Assembly: GCF_000017305.1 (NCBI RefSeq)
Contig: NC_009664.2
Span: 3,630,001 to 3,662,000, forward strand
DNA length: 32,000 bases
Direction of reading: 5' to 3'
Source: Kineococcus radiotolerans SRS30216 = ATCC BAA-149
GTDB taxonomy: Bacteria; Actinomycetota; Actinomycetes; Actinomycetales; Kineococcaceae
The position numbers were made by a program, and so were the translations under genes. Below the pieces are notes generated by a model, which worked only from the letters and a program-made list of their open reading frames with translations, was not told the DNA's origin and did not search any database. Within the stretch, counting starts at the first letter, position 1; each line of letters opens with the position of its first letter. Below, piece by piece: positions 17,146 through 25,036 of this stretch.

Positions 17146-19192
17146 CGGCCTCCCGGCGCGGCTCGCCGGGGGCGTCGAGGCGGCTGGGCCACCACACCCG
17201 GCGGCCCAGCAGGGCGAAGAGCGCCGGGACGAGGACGGTCCGCACCAGCAGGGTGTCGAGCAGCACCCCGATCCCGACGACGACGCCGATCTGGGTCAGC
17301 ACGATGAGCGGCAGGACGCCGAGGACGGCGAACACCGCGGCCAGCAGGACCCCCGCGCTGGTGATGACCCCGCCGGTCACCGCGACCCCGACGCGGACGG
17401 CGTCGCGGGTGCCCAGGGCCGGGGTCTCCTCCCGGACCCGGGTGACGAGGAAGATGTTGTAGTCCACGCCCAGGGCGACGAGGAACAGCAGCGACAGCAG
17501 CGGGACCTGGTTGTCCAGGCCCGGCATGCCCGCGACCCGGGTGAAGATCAGGTTCGCGGCGCCGAGGGCGGCGCCGTAGGTGGCCAGGACCGTGGCGACG
17601 AGCAGCAGCGGGGCCACCAGGGACCGCAGCAGCACGACGAGGACGACGAGGACGACGGCGACGATCAGCGGGGTCACCACGGTGAGGTCGCGGACGGTGG
17701 CGGTGCGCTCGTCCAGGGCCTCGGCCTCGGTGCCGCCGACGAGGGTGCCGGGGGCGGCGGCCCGCACGGCCTCGCGCAGGCGCTGCACGACCTCGCGGCT
17801 GGCGGCGGAGCCGGGCTCGGCCTCCAGGGTGGCCAGGACCTCGGTGACCCCGTCGGCGCTGCGCCCGGGCCGGACCGCGCCGACGCCCTCGACCGCCTCC
17901 GCAGCGGCCACGACCGCCGTGACGCCGCCGGCGCCGCCCCCGGTGCCGTTGCCGGGGACGAGGACCTGGGCGGGTTCGGCGGCGGCGCCGGGGAAGTGCT
18001 CCGACAGGGTCTGCGAGCCGTCGACGGACTCCGCGGACACTCGGAACTGCTCGGTCTGCTGCAGGCCCAGGCGGGCACCGGTGAGGCCGGCGGCGAGGGC
18101 GCCCAGCAGCACGACGGAGGCGACCACGACCCGCACCGGGCGGGCCAGGACGGCGCCGGCGATCCGCGCCCAGACGCCGGTGCGGGTCGTCTCGACGGAG
18201 CCGACGGTGGGCACGAAGGGCCAGAACAGCCTCCGCCCGCAGACGACGAGGGCGCTGGGCAGCACGAGCAGCCCGGCGAGCAGGGCCACGACGATGCCGA
18301 TCGCGGCGTCGCGCCCGATCGTCCTGTCCGCGGGCAGGACGGCGGCCTGCAGGGTCAGCAGGGCGAGCACGACGGTGGTGCCGCTGGCGGCGATCGCGGG
18401 ACCGGCGCCGCGCAGCGCCGCGCGCATCGCGGCCCGGTGGTCGGGTTCGCGGCGCAGCTCCTCCCGGTAGCGGGCGATGAGCAGCAGGGCGTAGTTGGTC
18501 CCGGCGCCGAAGACCAGGACGCTGGTGATGCCGGTCGAGGAGGGGTCGACGGGGGTCTCGGTGAGCCGCCCGACCAGCTGCAGCAGCCGGGTCACCACCT
18601 GGTCGGCGAGGCCCACGACGACCAGCGGCACCAGCCACAGCACGGGGGAGCGGTAGGTGACGAGCAGCAGCAGCGCGACCACCCCGGCGGTCATGAGGAG
18701 CAGGCGGGTGTTGGCGCCGCTGAAGGAGTCGGCGATGTCGACGCTGAACGCGGGACCGCCGGTCACCTCGGCGGTGAGCCCGGCGGGGAGCCCGGCGTCG
18801 GCCCGCCCGCGCACGTCGGCGACGGTGGCGGCCAGCTCCTCGCGGGGGACGTCGACCTGGACGGGGACGGGGACGAGCGCGGCCCGCCCGTCCTCGCTGG
18901 GGACCGGGGTGCCCAGCGCGCCGGCGGCGGCGAGGTCGGCGGGGGTGAGGGGGGCGCCGTCGCGGGAGTAGACGACGAGCAGGGTGCCCGCGCCGTCGTC
19001 GGGGAGGCGTTCGGCGAGCCCCGCGGCGCGCACGGACTCCGCCGAGGCGGGGGGTCCGCCGGTGGCGGAGGTGCCCTCGGGGGCGTCGCCGCCGAAGGCG
19101 TTCACGGCGCCGGCGAGGAGCACCGCGACGAGCAGGACGAGCCAGGCCGTGGCGCGGCCGGTCAGGAGGGCGGTCAGGGGACGCACAGTCAC
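17132..19192 (-). CDS. MMPL-family (RND superfamily) membrane transporter
   Basis: 686 aa with two blocks of multiple hydrophobic helices separated by soluble loops, typical of MMPL proteins. Start is GTG 19192 or the in-frame GTG 19186 (GAGG upstream). The 3' end overlaps the convergent RNase H fusion gene by 14 nt. Confidence 0.9.
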   Translation of the reverse strand: MTVRPLTALLTGRATAWLVLLVAVLLAGAVNAFGGDAPEGTSATGGPPASAESVRAAGLAERLPDDGAGTLLVVYSRDGAPLTPADLAAAGALGTPVPSEDGRAALVPVPVQVDVPREELAATVADVRGRADAGLPAGLTAEVTGGPAFSVDIADSFSGANTRLLLMTAGVVALLLLVTYRSPVLWLVPLVVVGLADQVVTRLLQLVGRLTETPVDPSSTGITSVLVFGAGTNYALLLIARYREELRREPDHRAAMRAALRGAGPAIAASGTTVVLALLTLQAAVLPADRTIGRDAAIGIVVALLAGLLVLPSALVVCGRRLFWPFVPTVGSVETTRTGVWARIAGAVLARPVRVVVASVVLLGALAAGLTGARLGLQQTEQFRVSAESVDGSQTLSEHFPGAAAEPAQVLVPGNGTGGGAGGVTAVVAAAEAVEGVGAVRPGRSADGVTEVLATLEAEPGSAASREVVQRLREAVRAAAPGTLVGGTEAEALDERTATVRDLTVVTPLIVAVVLVVLVVLLRSLVAPLLLVATVLATYGAALGAANLIFTRVAGMPGLDNQVPLLSLLFLVALGVDYNIFLVTRVREETPALGTRDAVRVGVAVTGGVITSAGVLLAAVFAVLGVLPLIVLTQIGVVVGIGVLLDTLLVRTVLVPALFALLGRRVWWPSRLDAPGEPRREAVTPG

Positions 19193-19202
19193 CTCGTTCA
19201 GT

Positions 19203-19227
19203 AGATCTCTCAGTGACTGAGATGTCT
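19203..19227. promoter_or_regulatory. Palindromic candidate MarR operator in the MMPL/MarR divergent region
   Basis: Perfect TCTCAGT-G-ACTGAGA (19208-19222), extendable to 12-nt arms with 2 mismatches (19203-19227). It is the only strong dyad in the 63-bp intergenic region. Confidence 0.5.
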
Positions 19228-19240
19228 AGCGGTCGAGGGG

Positions 19241-19246
19241 TAGGAT
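19241..19246 (+). promoter_or_regulatory. -10-like hexamer TAGGAT upstream of marR
   Basis: TAGGATggcaaaccgATG, with 9 nt to ATG 19256. This implies a very short or absent leader. Confidence 0.3.
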
Positions 19247-19255
19247 GGCAAACCG

Positions 19256-19738
19256 ATGAGCACGTACCGACCCCGCGACACCCCCCGCGCCCGCCGCGAG
19301 CAGGAGATCGTCGACGAGCTCCGCGACCTCGCGGGCCTGTCCGAACGCATCGCGCACGTCTTCGCCGCACGCCACGGGCTGCACCCCACCGACCTGCAGG
19401 CGCTGATCCACGTCATGCGCCGCGAGATCGCCGACGACCCGCTGACCGCCGGTGAGCTCGCGGGCCTGCTCAACGTCACCACCGGCGCCGCGACCGGTGT
19501 CGTGGACCGCCTCGAGCGCCACGGCCACCTGCGCCGCGACCGCGGCGACACCGACCGCCGCAAGGTGTTCCTGCGCTACGGCGAACCCGGCATGGAGCTG
19601 GCCCGGGAGTTCTTCGGGCCGCTGGGCCGGCGCAGCGCCGCGGTCATGGCGCAGTTCGACGACGCCGAGCTCGAGGTCGTGCACCGCTTCCTCACCGGCA
19701 TGGGCCGGGCGTTCGGCGAGCACCACGACGACCTCTGA
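19256..19738 (+). CDS. MarR-family transcriptional regulator
   Basis: 160 aa. Winged-helix core LTAGELAGLLNVTTGAATGVVDRLERHGHLRRDRGDTDRRKV is typical of MarR. Divergent from the MMPL gene. Confidence 0.9.
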   Translation: MSTYRPRDTPRARREQEIVDELRDLAGLSERIAHVFAARHGLHPTDLQALIHVMRREIADDPLTAGELAGLLNVTTGAATGVVDRLERHGHLRRDRGDTDRRKVFLRYGEPGMELAREFFGPLGRRSAAVMAQFDDAELEVVHRFLTGMGRAFGEHHDDL

Positions 19739-20389
19739 TCAGTCCCGGCGCAGGTAGCGCAGGACCGCCACCACCCGCCGGTTCTCCTGCGGGCTCGGGG
19801 GCAGGTCCAGCGTCGTGAAGATGCCCGCGACGTGCTTCTCGACGGCCCGCTCCCCGACCACCAGGCGCGCGGCGATGGCCGCGTTGGACAACCCCTCGGC
19901 CATGGCCGCGAGCACCTCCAGCTCGCGCGGGGTGAGCTCGGCCAGCCCGTCCCGGCCCCGGCGGACCAGCTGCGCCACGACCTCGGGGTCCAGGGCCGTC
20001 CCGCCCGCGGCGACCCGCTCCACCGCGTCCAGGAACTCGCGCGAGTCCGCCACCCGGTCCTTCAGCAGGTAGCCGATCCCCGCGGCCGACTCCGCCAGCA
20101 GGTCGCGCGCGATCCGGTTCTCCACGTACTGCGAGAACACCACCACGGGCAGCCCGGGGTGCCGGCGCCGGCACTCCAGCGCCGCCCGCAGACCCTCGTC
20201 GCTGTGGCCGGGGGGCATCCGGACGTCGGTCACGACGACGTCCGGGACGTCGTCGTCCACCGCGCTCACCAGCTGCTGCCCGTCCCCGACGGCGGCCACC
20301 ACCCGGTGCCCGCGCAGCTCCACCAGCCGCACCATGCCCTCGCGCAGGACCGCGGAGTCCTCGGCCAGGACGACCCGCAGCCCGCTCAC
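19739..20389 (-). CDS. Response regulator, NarL/LuxR family
   Basis: GTG 20389 (VSGLRVVLAEDS…). Receiver Asp context VVTDVRMPP. C-terminal LuxR HTH LTPRELEVLAAMAEGLSNAAIAARL. Start overlaps the kinase stop (GTGA). Confidence 0.92.
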   Translation of the reverse strand: MSGLRVVLAEDSAVLREGMVRLVELRGHRVVAAVGDGQQLVSAVDDDVPDVVVTDVRMPPGHSDEGLRAALECRRRHPGLPVVVFSQYVENRIARDLLAESAAGIGYLLKDRVADSREFLDAVERVAAGGTALDPEVVAQLVRRGRDGLAELTPRELEVLAAMAEGLSNAAIAARLVVGERAVEKHVAGIFTTLDLPPSPQENRRVVAVLRYLRRD

Positions 20390-21582
20390 GCCCGCACCGG
20401 CAGGTCCAGGCGGACCAGGGTCCCCAGCCCCGGGGGGCTCACGAGGCGCAACGTCCCGTCCACCCCCGCGATCCGGTCGGTGAGGCCCCGCAGCCCGCTG
20501 CCGCGCGCCGGGTCCGCCCCGCCGCGGCCGTCGTCGCGCACCTCCAGCCGCAGCCGCCGCCGCGTCGCCCGGGCCCGCAGCCAGGCCCGCTCGGCGCCGG
20601 CGTGCTTGGTGGCGTTGGCCAGCAGCTCGGCGACGCAGAAGTAGGCCATGGTCTCGATCGCGGGCGAGAGCACCGCCCCCCGCAGGTCGACGTCGGTCTC
20701 GACGACCAGACCCGCCTGCTCGGCCATCGTCGTCAGCGCCGGTCCCAGCCCCTCGTCCAGGGCCGGGGGGTGGATGCCGCGGATGATCGTGCGCAGCTCG
20801 GTGATCGCCTCCCGCGTCGTCGTGTGCGCCACGTCCAGCAGCTCCCCGGCGCCGCCGGGGTCGGCGCGCAGCCGGTGGCGGGCCAGGTCGACGTGCAGGG
20901 CGATGGCGGTCAGCCGGGCCTGGGTGCCGTCGTGCAGGTTCCGCTCGATGGCCCGCACCTCCGCGGCCGAGCCCTCCAGCACCGCCGACCGGCTGCGCCG
21001 CAGCCGGGCCGAGTCCCCCTCCTGCGCACCCGTCGCCCGCGTCAGCCCCACCTGCACCCGGACGACGAGCCGCAGCAGCCACGGGCCGGCGAGGACCACG
21101 ACCACCAGGACGAGCCCGGGCACCCCCGGGGGGCTCCCCTCCGGGGACCGCAGCAGCGCGACCCCGACCGCCGACAGCAGCCCCAGCGGCCCGCCCGCCC
21201 CGAGCACCGCCAGCGGGACCTGGACGAGCAGGAAGCCCGTCTGGGCCCACGCGCCGGGGTCGGTCAGCGTCCTCACCAGGCCGTCGAACGGGTCGCGGCC
21301 CCGCGGTCGCGGCGCCGGGTCCCCGACCTCGATCCGCAGCACCCGCCGGACCAGCCGCCGGTGCACCCGTCCCAGCCCGCGCGCGCAGGTCAGCGCCAGC
21401 GCCACCAGCGGCAGCCCCACGAACGTCAGGGACAGCACCACCCCGAGCAGCAGCAGGACGAGGACCAGCAGGCCGGCCGGCGCGAGCAGCAGCGCCAGCG
21501 CCTGGTAACCGACCTCCCGCCAGGTGCGCCCCGCCACCGGGGCCCGCAGCACCGCGCGCGCGAGCGCCCTCGTCCTCGACAC
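20386..21582 (-). CDS. Sensor histidine kinase (HisKA_3 type) with multi-pass membrane N-terminal sensor region
   Basis: C-terminal 398 aa of track ORF 20386..22596. H-box RNLHDGTQARL and an ATPase region (ELLANATKHAG…DDGRGGA…GLRGL). GTG 21582 is supported by TACCGT 7 nt upstream. Confidence 0.88.
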   Translation of the reverse strand: MSRTRALARAVLRAPVAGRTWREVGYQALALLLAPAGLLVLVLLLLGVVLSLTFVGLPLVALALTCARGLGRVHRRLVRRVLRIEVGDPAPRPRGRDPFDGLVRTLTDPGAWAQTGFLLVQVPLAVLGAGGPLGLLSAVGVALLRSPEGSPPGVPGLVLVVVVLAGPWLLRLVVRVQVGLTRATGAQEGDSARLRRSRSAVLEGSAAEVRAIERNLHDGTQARLTAIALHVDLARHRLRADPGGAGELLDVAHTTTREAITELRTIIRGIHPPALDEGLGPALTTMAEQAGLVVETDVDLRGAVLSPAIETMAYFCVAELLANATKHAGAERAWLRARATRRRLRLEVRDDGRGGADPARGSGLRGLTDRIAGVDGTLRLVSPPGLGTLVRLDLPVRA

Positions 21583-21589
21583 GGGACCG

Positions 21590-21595
21590 ACGGTA
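21590..21595 (-). promoter_or_regulatory. -10-like hexamer TACCGT, 7 nt upstream of the kinase GTG (leaderless arrangement)
   Basis: The minus strand reads gccgcTACCGTcggtcccGTG. Confidence 0.4.
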
Positions 21596-21615
21596 GCGGC
21601 GCCTCGACCCGTCGT

Positions 21616-21635
21616 CCCTCGTGCTGGCACGAGGG
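21616..21635. promoter_or_regulatory. 20-bp palindrome CCCTCGTGC-TG-GCACGAGGG, candidate response-regulator or other operator
   Basis: Perfect 9-bp arms, centred about 44 bp upstream of the kinase start, roughly at the -35 position of the predicted leaderless promoter. A further CACGAGG half-site lies at 21651-21657. Confidence 0.4.
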
Positions 21636-21717
21636 CCCGGTGGCGGTCCCCACGAGGACGAACCGGCCGGTCTGCACGCTGGGGCGGGAGGAGCCGGACG
21701 GAGAGGGTGAACACGTT

Positions 21718-21740
21718 GTGCTGCAACGAATCAGCAGCAC
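21718..21740. promoter_or_regulatory. Inverted repeat GTGCTGC-N9-GCAGCAC just upstream of the DUF1023 gene RBS
   Basis: 7-bp perfect arms with a relatively AT-rich 9-nt spacer (aacgaatca). It ends 12 nt before GGAGG (21753-21757). It could be an operator or a 5'-UTR hairpin. Confidence 0.3.
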
Positions 21741-21762
21741 GCGCGACACCCTGGAGGTTCCC

Positions 21763-22659
21763 GTGCCGTCGGTCCCGCCCCCCGCGTCCGTCCAGGCCTG
21801 CCGCACCGGCGCGGTGCCCCTGCTGGCCCTCGGCTGCCTCCTGCTGAGCCTGCTCGGGCTCGGGTTCTCCCGCTCCGTGGACCCCACCGCGGACCCCACC
21901 GCGGACACTGCCGTGGACACCGCGGCGGAACCCGTCGCCACCGTCTCCCGGGACCTGCCCGCCCGCTACGCGCACCACCGCGGTCCCGCCGGGGCCGGCG
22001 GGGACCGGCAGTTGCTCGGCCACGACACCACCGGCCGGGGTCTGGTCACCGAGGTCTTCGGCGACCTCGCCGCCGCCCGCGACGTCGCCGTCCTCGTCGG
22101 CGGCGTCGGCACCGACCTCGCGACCTTCGACACCGGGACCCTGCGCACCGGCGCCCGGGCGCTGGCCGCGGTCAGCCCGGCGAGCGCGGTCGTCGCCTGG
22201 GCCGACTACGTCAGCCCCGCCTCGATCGGGCCCTCCGCCGCCGGACCCGGTCTCGCCCGCGCCGGCGGCCGGCGGCTGGGGGTCTTCCTCGACAGCCTGC
22301 GGGAGAACGCCCCCGCGACCCACGTCGTGCTGGTCTGCCACAGCTACGGCAGCGCGGTCTGCGCCGCGGCGCTCGCCGGCGAGGACGCCCACGGCGTCGA
22401 CGACGTCGTCGACCTCGCGAGCCCGGGCGTGGGGGAGGGGCGGCTGCCGGCCGGGGTCCGCCGCTGGACGGCGACGAGCCCGGCGGACCCGATCCGCCTC
22501 GTCCCGCACGTGCGGATCGGGGGGTTCGGCCTGGGGGTGGACCCCGCCGGGACCCCCGGCGCCCGCCGGCTGCCGGTGCCGCCCGACGGCGACCACGACG
22601 ACTACCTCGCGACCGGCAGCCCGACCCTCGCGGCGGTCGCCGCGGTCCTCAGCGCGTGA
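21763..22659 (+). CDS. Alpha/beta hydrolase of the DUF1023 type, with N-terminal signal or membrane anchor
   Basis: GTG 21763 with GGAGG 5 nt upstream, inside over-extended track ORF 20602..22659. Hydrophobic N-terminus AVPLLALGCLLLSLLGLGF. Nucleophile elbow VLVCHSYGSAV, where the family normally has GHSYGS. Confidence 0.75.
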   Translation: MPSVPPPASVQACRTGAVPLLALGCLLLSLLGLGFSRSVDPTADPTADTAVDTAAEPVATVSRDLPARYAHHRGPAGAGGDRQLLGHDTTGRGLVTEVFGDLAAARDVAVLVGGVGTDLATFDTGTLRTGARALAAVSPASAVVAWADYVSPASIGPSAAGPGLARAGGRRLGVFLDSLRENAPATHVVLVCHSYGSAVCAAALAGEDAHGVDDVVDLASPGVGEGRLPAGVRRWTATSPADPIRLVPHVRIGGFGLGVDPAGTPGARRLPVPPDGDHDDYLATGSPTLAAVAAVLSA

Positions 22660-23797
22660 GCTGCAGCGCGGCCACCGCGGCCGGGACGCAGACGGCGGCC
22701 CCGACCAGGCCGAGCGCGGCGAAGCGGGGCAACGAGACCTCGACCCCGCGGGCGCGGCAGCGGTCCAGCCACAGCAGCGTCGCCAACGAGGCCCACGGCG
22801 TCACCAGCGGCCCGAGGTTCACCCCGATGAGCACCGCCACCAGCCGGTGCGCGCTGCCCGCCAGCGGTTCCACCGCGAGGTAGGCGGGGAGGTTGTCGGC
22901 CACGTTCGCCGTCAGCGCGGCGGTCCCGGCCAGCTGCAGGTGGGCGGCGAACCCCTCGCCCTCCCCGGCCAGCGGGCGCAGCAGGTCCTCCAGACCGTGC
23001 CCCTGGGCGGCCTCGACGACGAGGAACAGCCCGCTGACCAGGACCACCGTCCGCCAGGGCAGCAGGCCGGGGCGCAGCGCCCCGCGCCGGCGCACCGCGA
23101 ACACGGCGACGAGGACCAGCGCGGCCACGGCGGCCGGGACGGCGGGGGTGAGCCCGCTGACGAAGGCCGGCGCGAGCAGGCAGCACACGACGGTCGCGGT
23201 CCAGAACGTCACCGGGTCCCGCGGGGGCGCGGGCGGGGGCGCCGCGTAGGCCCCGCGCAGCGACCGGCGGTGCGCCAGGCCCAGGACGAGCACCGCCCCG
23301 GCCAGCCCGGCCAGGAACGGCGCCCAGGTCAGCGCGGTGAAGCCCGCCGTCCCCGACACCCCGAACCCCTCCAGGGTGTCGAGCGCGATGAGGTTGGTCA
23401 GGTTGGACACGGGCAGCAGCAGCGACGTCGTGTTGGCCAGCCAGACCGTGGTCAGCGCGAACGGCAGCGGGTCCAGGCGCAGCTGCGCGGCCAGGGCCAG
23501 GACGACGGGGGTCAGCAGCACCGCCGTGGTGTCCAGGGACAGCACGACCGTGGCGACCGTCCCCAGCAGGACGACGAGCAGCCACAACCGCCACGTCCGG
23601 CCCCGGCCCGCGCGGGCGGCCAGCCGGGCGGCGGCGTCGAAGACCCCGGCGGCGTCGGCGAGCTCGGCCACCACCGTGACGGCCAGCAGGAAGGCGAGGA
23701 CGGGAGCGGCGCGGCCGGCGACCTCGGCGAGGCCGTCCCCGTCGAGCAGACCGGTCGCGACGGCCAGGGCCCCGGCGAGCCCGCAGACCCACCACAC
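22649..23797 (-). CDS. ArsB/NhaD-superfamily (SLC13-like) anion permease
   Basis: Polytopic membrane protein (…TTVWLANTTSLLLPVSNLTNLIAL…, …TANVADNLPAYLA…). I prefer GTG 23797, 1 nt after the yaaA stop, over the track start 23920, which would overlap yaaA by about 120 nt. Confidence 0.8.
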   Translation of the reverse strand: MWWVCGLAGALAVATGLLDGDGLAEVAGRAAPVLAFLLAVTVVAELADAAGVFDAAARLAARAGRGRTWRLWLLVVLLGTVATVVLSLDTTAVLLTPVVLALAAQLRLDPLPFALTTVWLANTTSLLLPVSNLTNLIALDTLEGFGVSGTAGFTALTWAPFLAGLAGAVLVLGLAHRRSLRGAYAAPPPAPPRDPVTFWTATVVCCLLAPAFVSGLTPAVPAAVAALVLVAVFAVRRRGALRPGLLPWRTVVLVSGLFLVVEAAQGHGLEDLLRPLAGEGEGFAAHLQLAGTAALTANVADNLPAYLAVEPLAGSAHRLVAVLIGVNLGPLVTPWASLATLLWLDRCRARGVEVSLPRFAALGLVGAAVCVPAAVAALQLTR

Positions 23798-23798
23798 C

Positions 23799-24542
23799 TC
23801 AGGACGCCTCGACTTCCAGGGTCCAGGACCCGCCGCGGCGCGCGGGTTCGAGCAGCTTCGCGTCGAAGGCCTCCGAGACGGCGTCGTGCAGGGCCGCGGG
23901 GGTGCCCGGGGCCCGTCCACCGCGGGTCAGCAGGTGCCGGGCGACGAGGCCGCGGGTGCGCTTGGCCGCGTGCGAGACGACCTTGCCCCCGGACAGCACC
24001 CGCACCCCGACCGTGCGGGCCGCGGTGTCGGCGTCGGGCACCCAGGCGGCGGCGTAGGCCGCGGAGCGGCAGTCCAGGACGACGCCCTCCGGGGCGAGGA
24101 CCCCGGCCAGCCGGGGCCGCCAGAAGGCGGCCAGCGGGCCGACGCCGGGCAGGCTGGTGCCCATGGAGAGCCGGTAGCCCGGTACGCGGTCGCCGGGCCG
24201 CAGGACCCCCCAGAGGGCGGAGACGACCAGGACCCGGCGGGCCGCGGCCGGGCGCAGCGTCGGCAGGTCGAGGGCGTCGAAGAGGACGCCCGCGTAGACC
24301 CTCGACGCCGGGGCCGCCGGTCGCGTGCGCAGGGTGGTGTTGGCGGCGACGACGTCGGCCAGGCCCGGTCCGGTGCCCAGGACCTCGGCCGCGTCAGGGC
24401 GGGCGGAGACCTCGGCCAGCGCGTCCAGCACCTGCTCGCGGGCGGGGGTGAGGGCGGGGGAGGTGAGGGCGTCCAGACGCACGGGCGTGCCGCGCCGCGG
24501 CCCCGCCCACTTGGTCTCCGACGGGGGGAGCAGCACGAGCAC
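23799..24542 (-). CDS. yaaA: Peroxide stress protein YaaA (UPF0246/DUF328)
   Basis: 247 aa. N-terminal LLPPSETK motif and overall YaaA-family pattern as I remember it. GTG 24542. Confidence 0.85.
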   Translation of the reverse strand: MLVLLPPSETKWAGPRRGTPVRLDALTSPALTPAREQVLDALAEVSARPDAAEVLGTGPGLADVVAANTTLRTRPAAPASRVYAGVLFDALDLPTLRPAAARRVLVVSALWGVLRPGDRVPGYRLSMGTSLPGVGPLAAFWRPRLAGVLAPEGVVLDCRSAAYAAAWVPDADTAARTVGVRVLSGGKVVSHAAKRTRGLVARHLLTRGGRAPGTPAALHDAVSEAFDAKLLEPARRGGSWTLEVEAS

Positions 24543-24550
24543 GAGGGTCG

Positions 24551-24556
24551 AGGGTA
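24551..24556 (-). promoter_or_regulatory. -10-like hexamer TACCCT, 8 nt upstream of the yaaA GTG
   Basis: The minus strand reads TACCCTcgaccctcGTG. Confidence 0.3.
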
Positions 24557-24570
24557 CGGGGCCGATGGCC

Positions 24571-24576
24571 TAGGGT
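24571..24576 (+). promoter_or_regulatory. -10-like hexamer TAGGGT for rnpB
   Basis: TAGGGT lies 6-7 nt upstream of the predicted 5' end of the RNase P RNA P1 helix (about 24583/24584). Confidence 0.4.
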
Positions 24577-24582
24577 GGACGG

Positions 24583-24964
24583 CGGACGAGTCGGCCGGGC
24601 GACCGCGTCGGCCGGGGCGACCCGGCCGCCGAGGAAAGTCCGGACTCCACAGGGCAGGGTGGTGGCTAACAGCCACCCGGGGTGACCCGCGGGACAGTGC
24701 CACAGAGAACAGACCGCCACCCCGAGCGATCGGGGCGGTAAGGGTGAAACGGTGGTGCAAGAGACCACCAGCGTGCCGGGTGACCGGTGCGGCTAGGTAA
24801 ACCCCACCCGGAGCAAGACCAGACAGGCAGCGTTCGAGGGCGGCCCGCCCGAGCTGCCGGGTAGGTCGCTTGAGGCGTGCGGCAACGCACGTCCTAGAGG
24901 GATGGTCGCCGCCCGCTCCCCGGAGCGGGGCACAGGATCCGGCTTACAGGCCGGCTCGTCCACC
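24583..24964 (+). ncRNA. rnpB: RNase P RNA, bacterial type A
   Basis: Universally conserved P4 strands GAGGAAAGTCCGGACTCCACAG and ACAGGATCCGGCTTACAGG, plus GGGTGGTGGCTAACAGCCACCCGGGGTGACCCGCGGGACAGTGCCACAGAGAACAGACCGCC. P1 pairing is GGACGAGTCGGCC (24584-) with GGCCGGCTCGTCC (-24961). The ends are approximate to a few nt. Confidence 0.93.
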
Positions 24965-25036
24965 ACGCTCGACAGCGCACGCCCGTAGCGGTGAGCCACT
25001 CAGGAAACACTCACAGTGATGTGAAACCCTCACGTC

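Noticed and set aside
17097-19370. 757-aa minus-strand ORF overlapping the MMPL gene in another frame, plus plus-strand ORFs 17580..18470 and 17996..19204
   Set aside because: Their composition is RRRPG-type low complexity. The MMPL frame gives a coherent polytopic membrane protein, and these alternatives do not.
20386-23920. Over-extended N-termini of track ORFs. In this interval: 20386..22596, 20602..22659 and 22649..23920. Elsewhere: 7292..9421, 12293..13729, 13908..16043 and 29793..31847
   Set aside because: The upstream parts run antisense through neighbouring real genes or intergenic DNA and are low-complexity. Internal starts supported by an SD, by -10 hexamers or by family length were used instead.
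24394-24999. ORFs 24394..24768 -, 24666..24890 - and 24793..24999 - across the rnpB region
   Set aside because: The region contains the universally conserved RNase P RNA core sequences. ORFs here are fortuitous.
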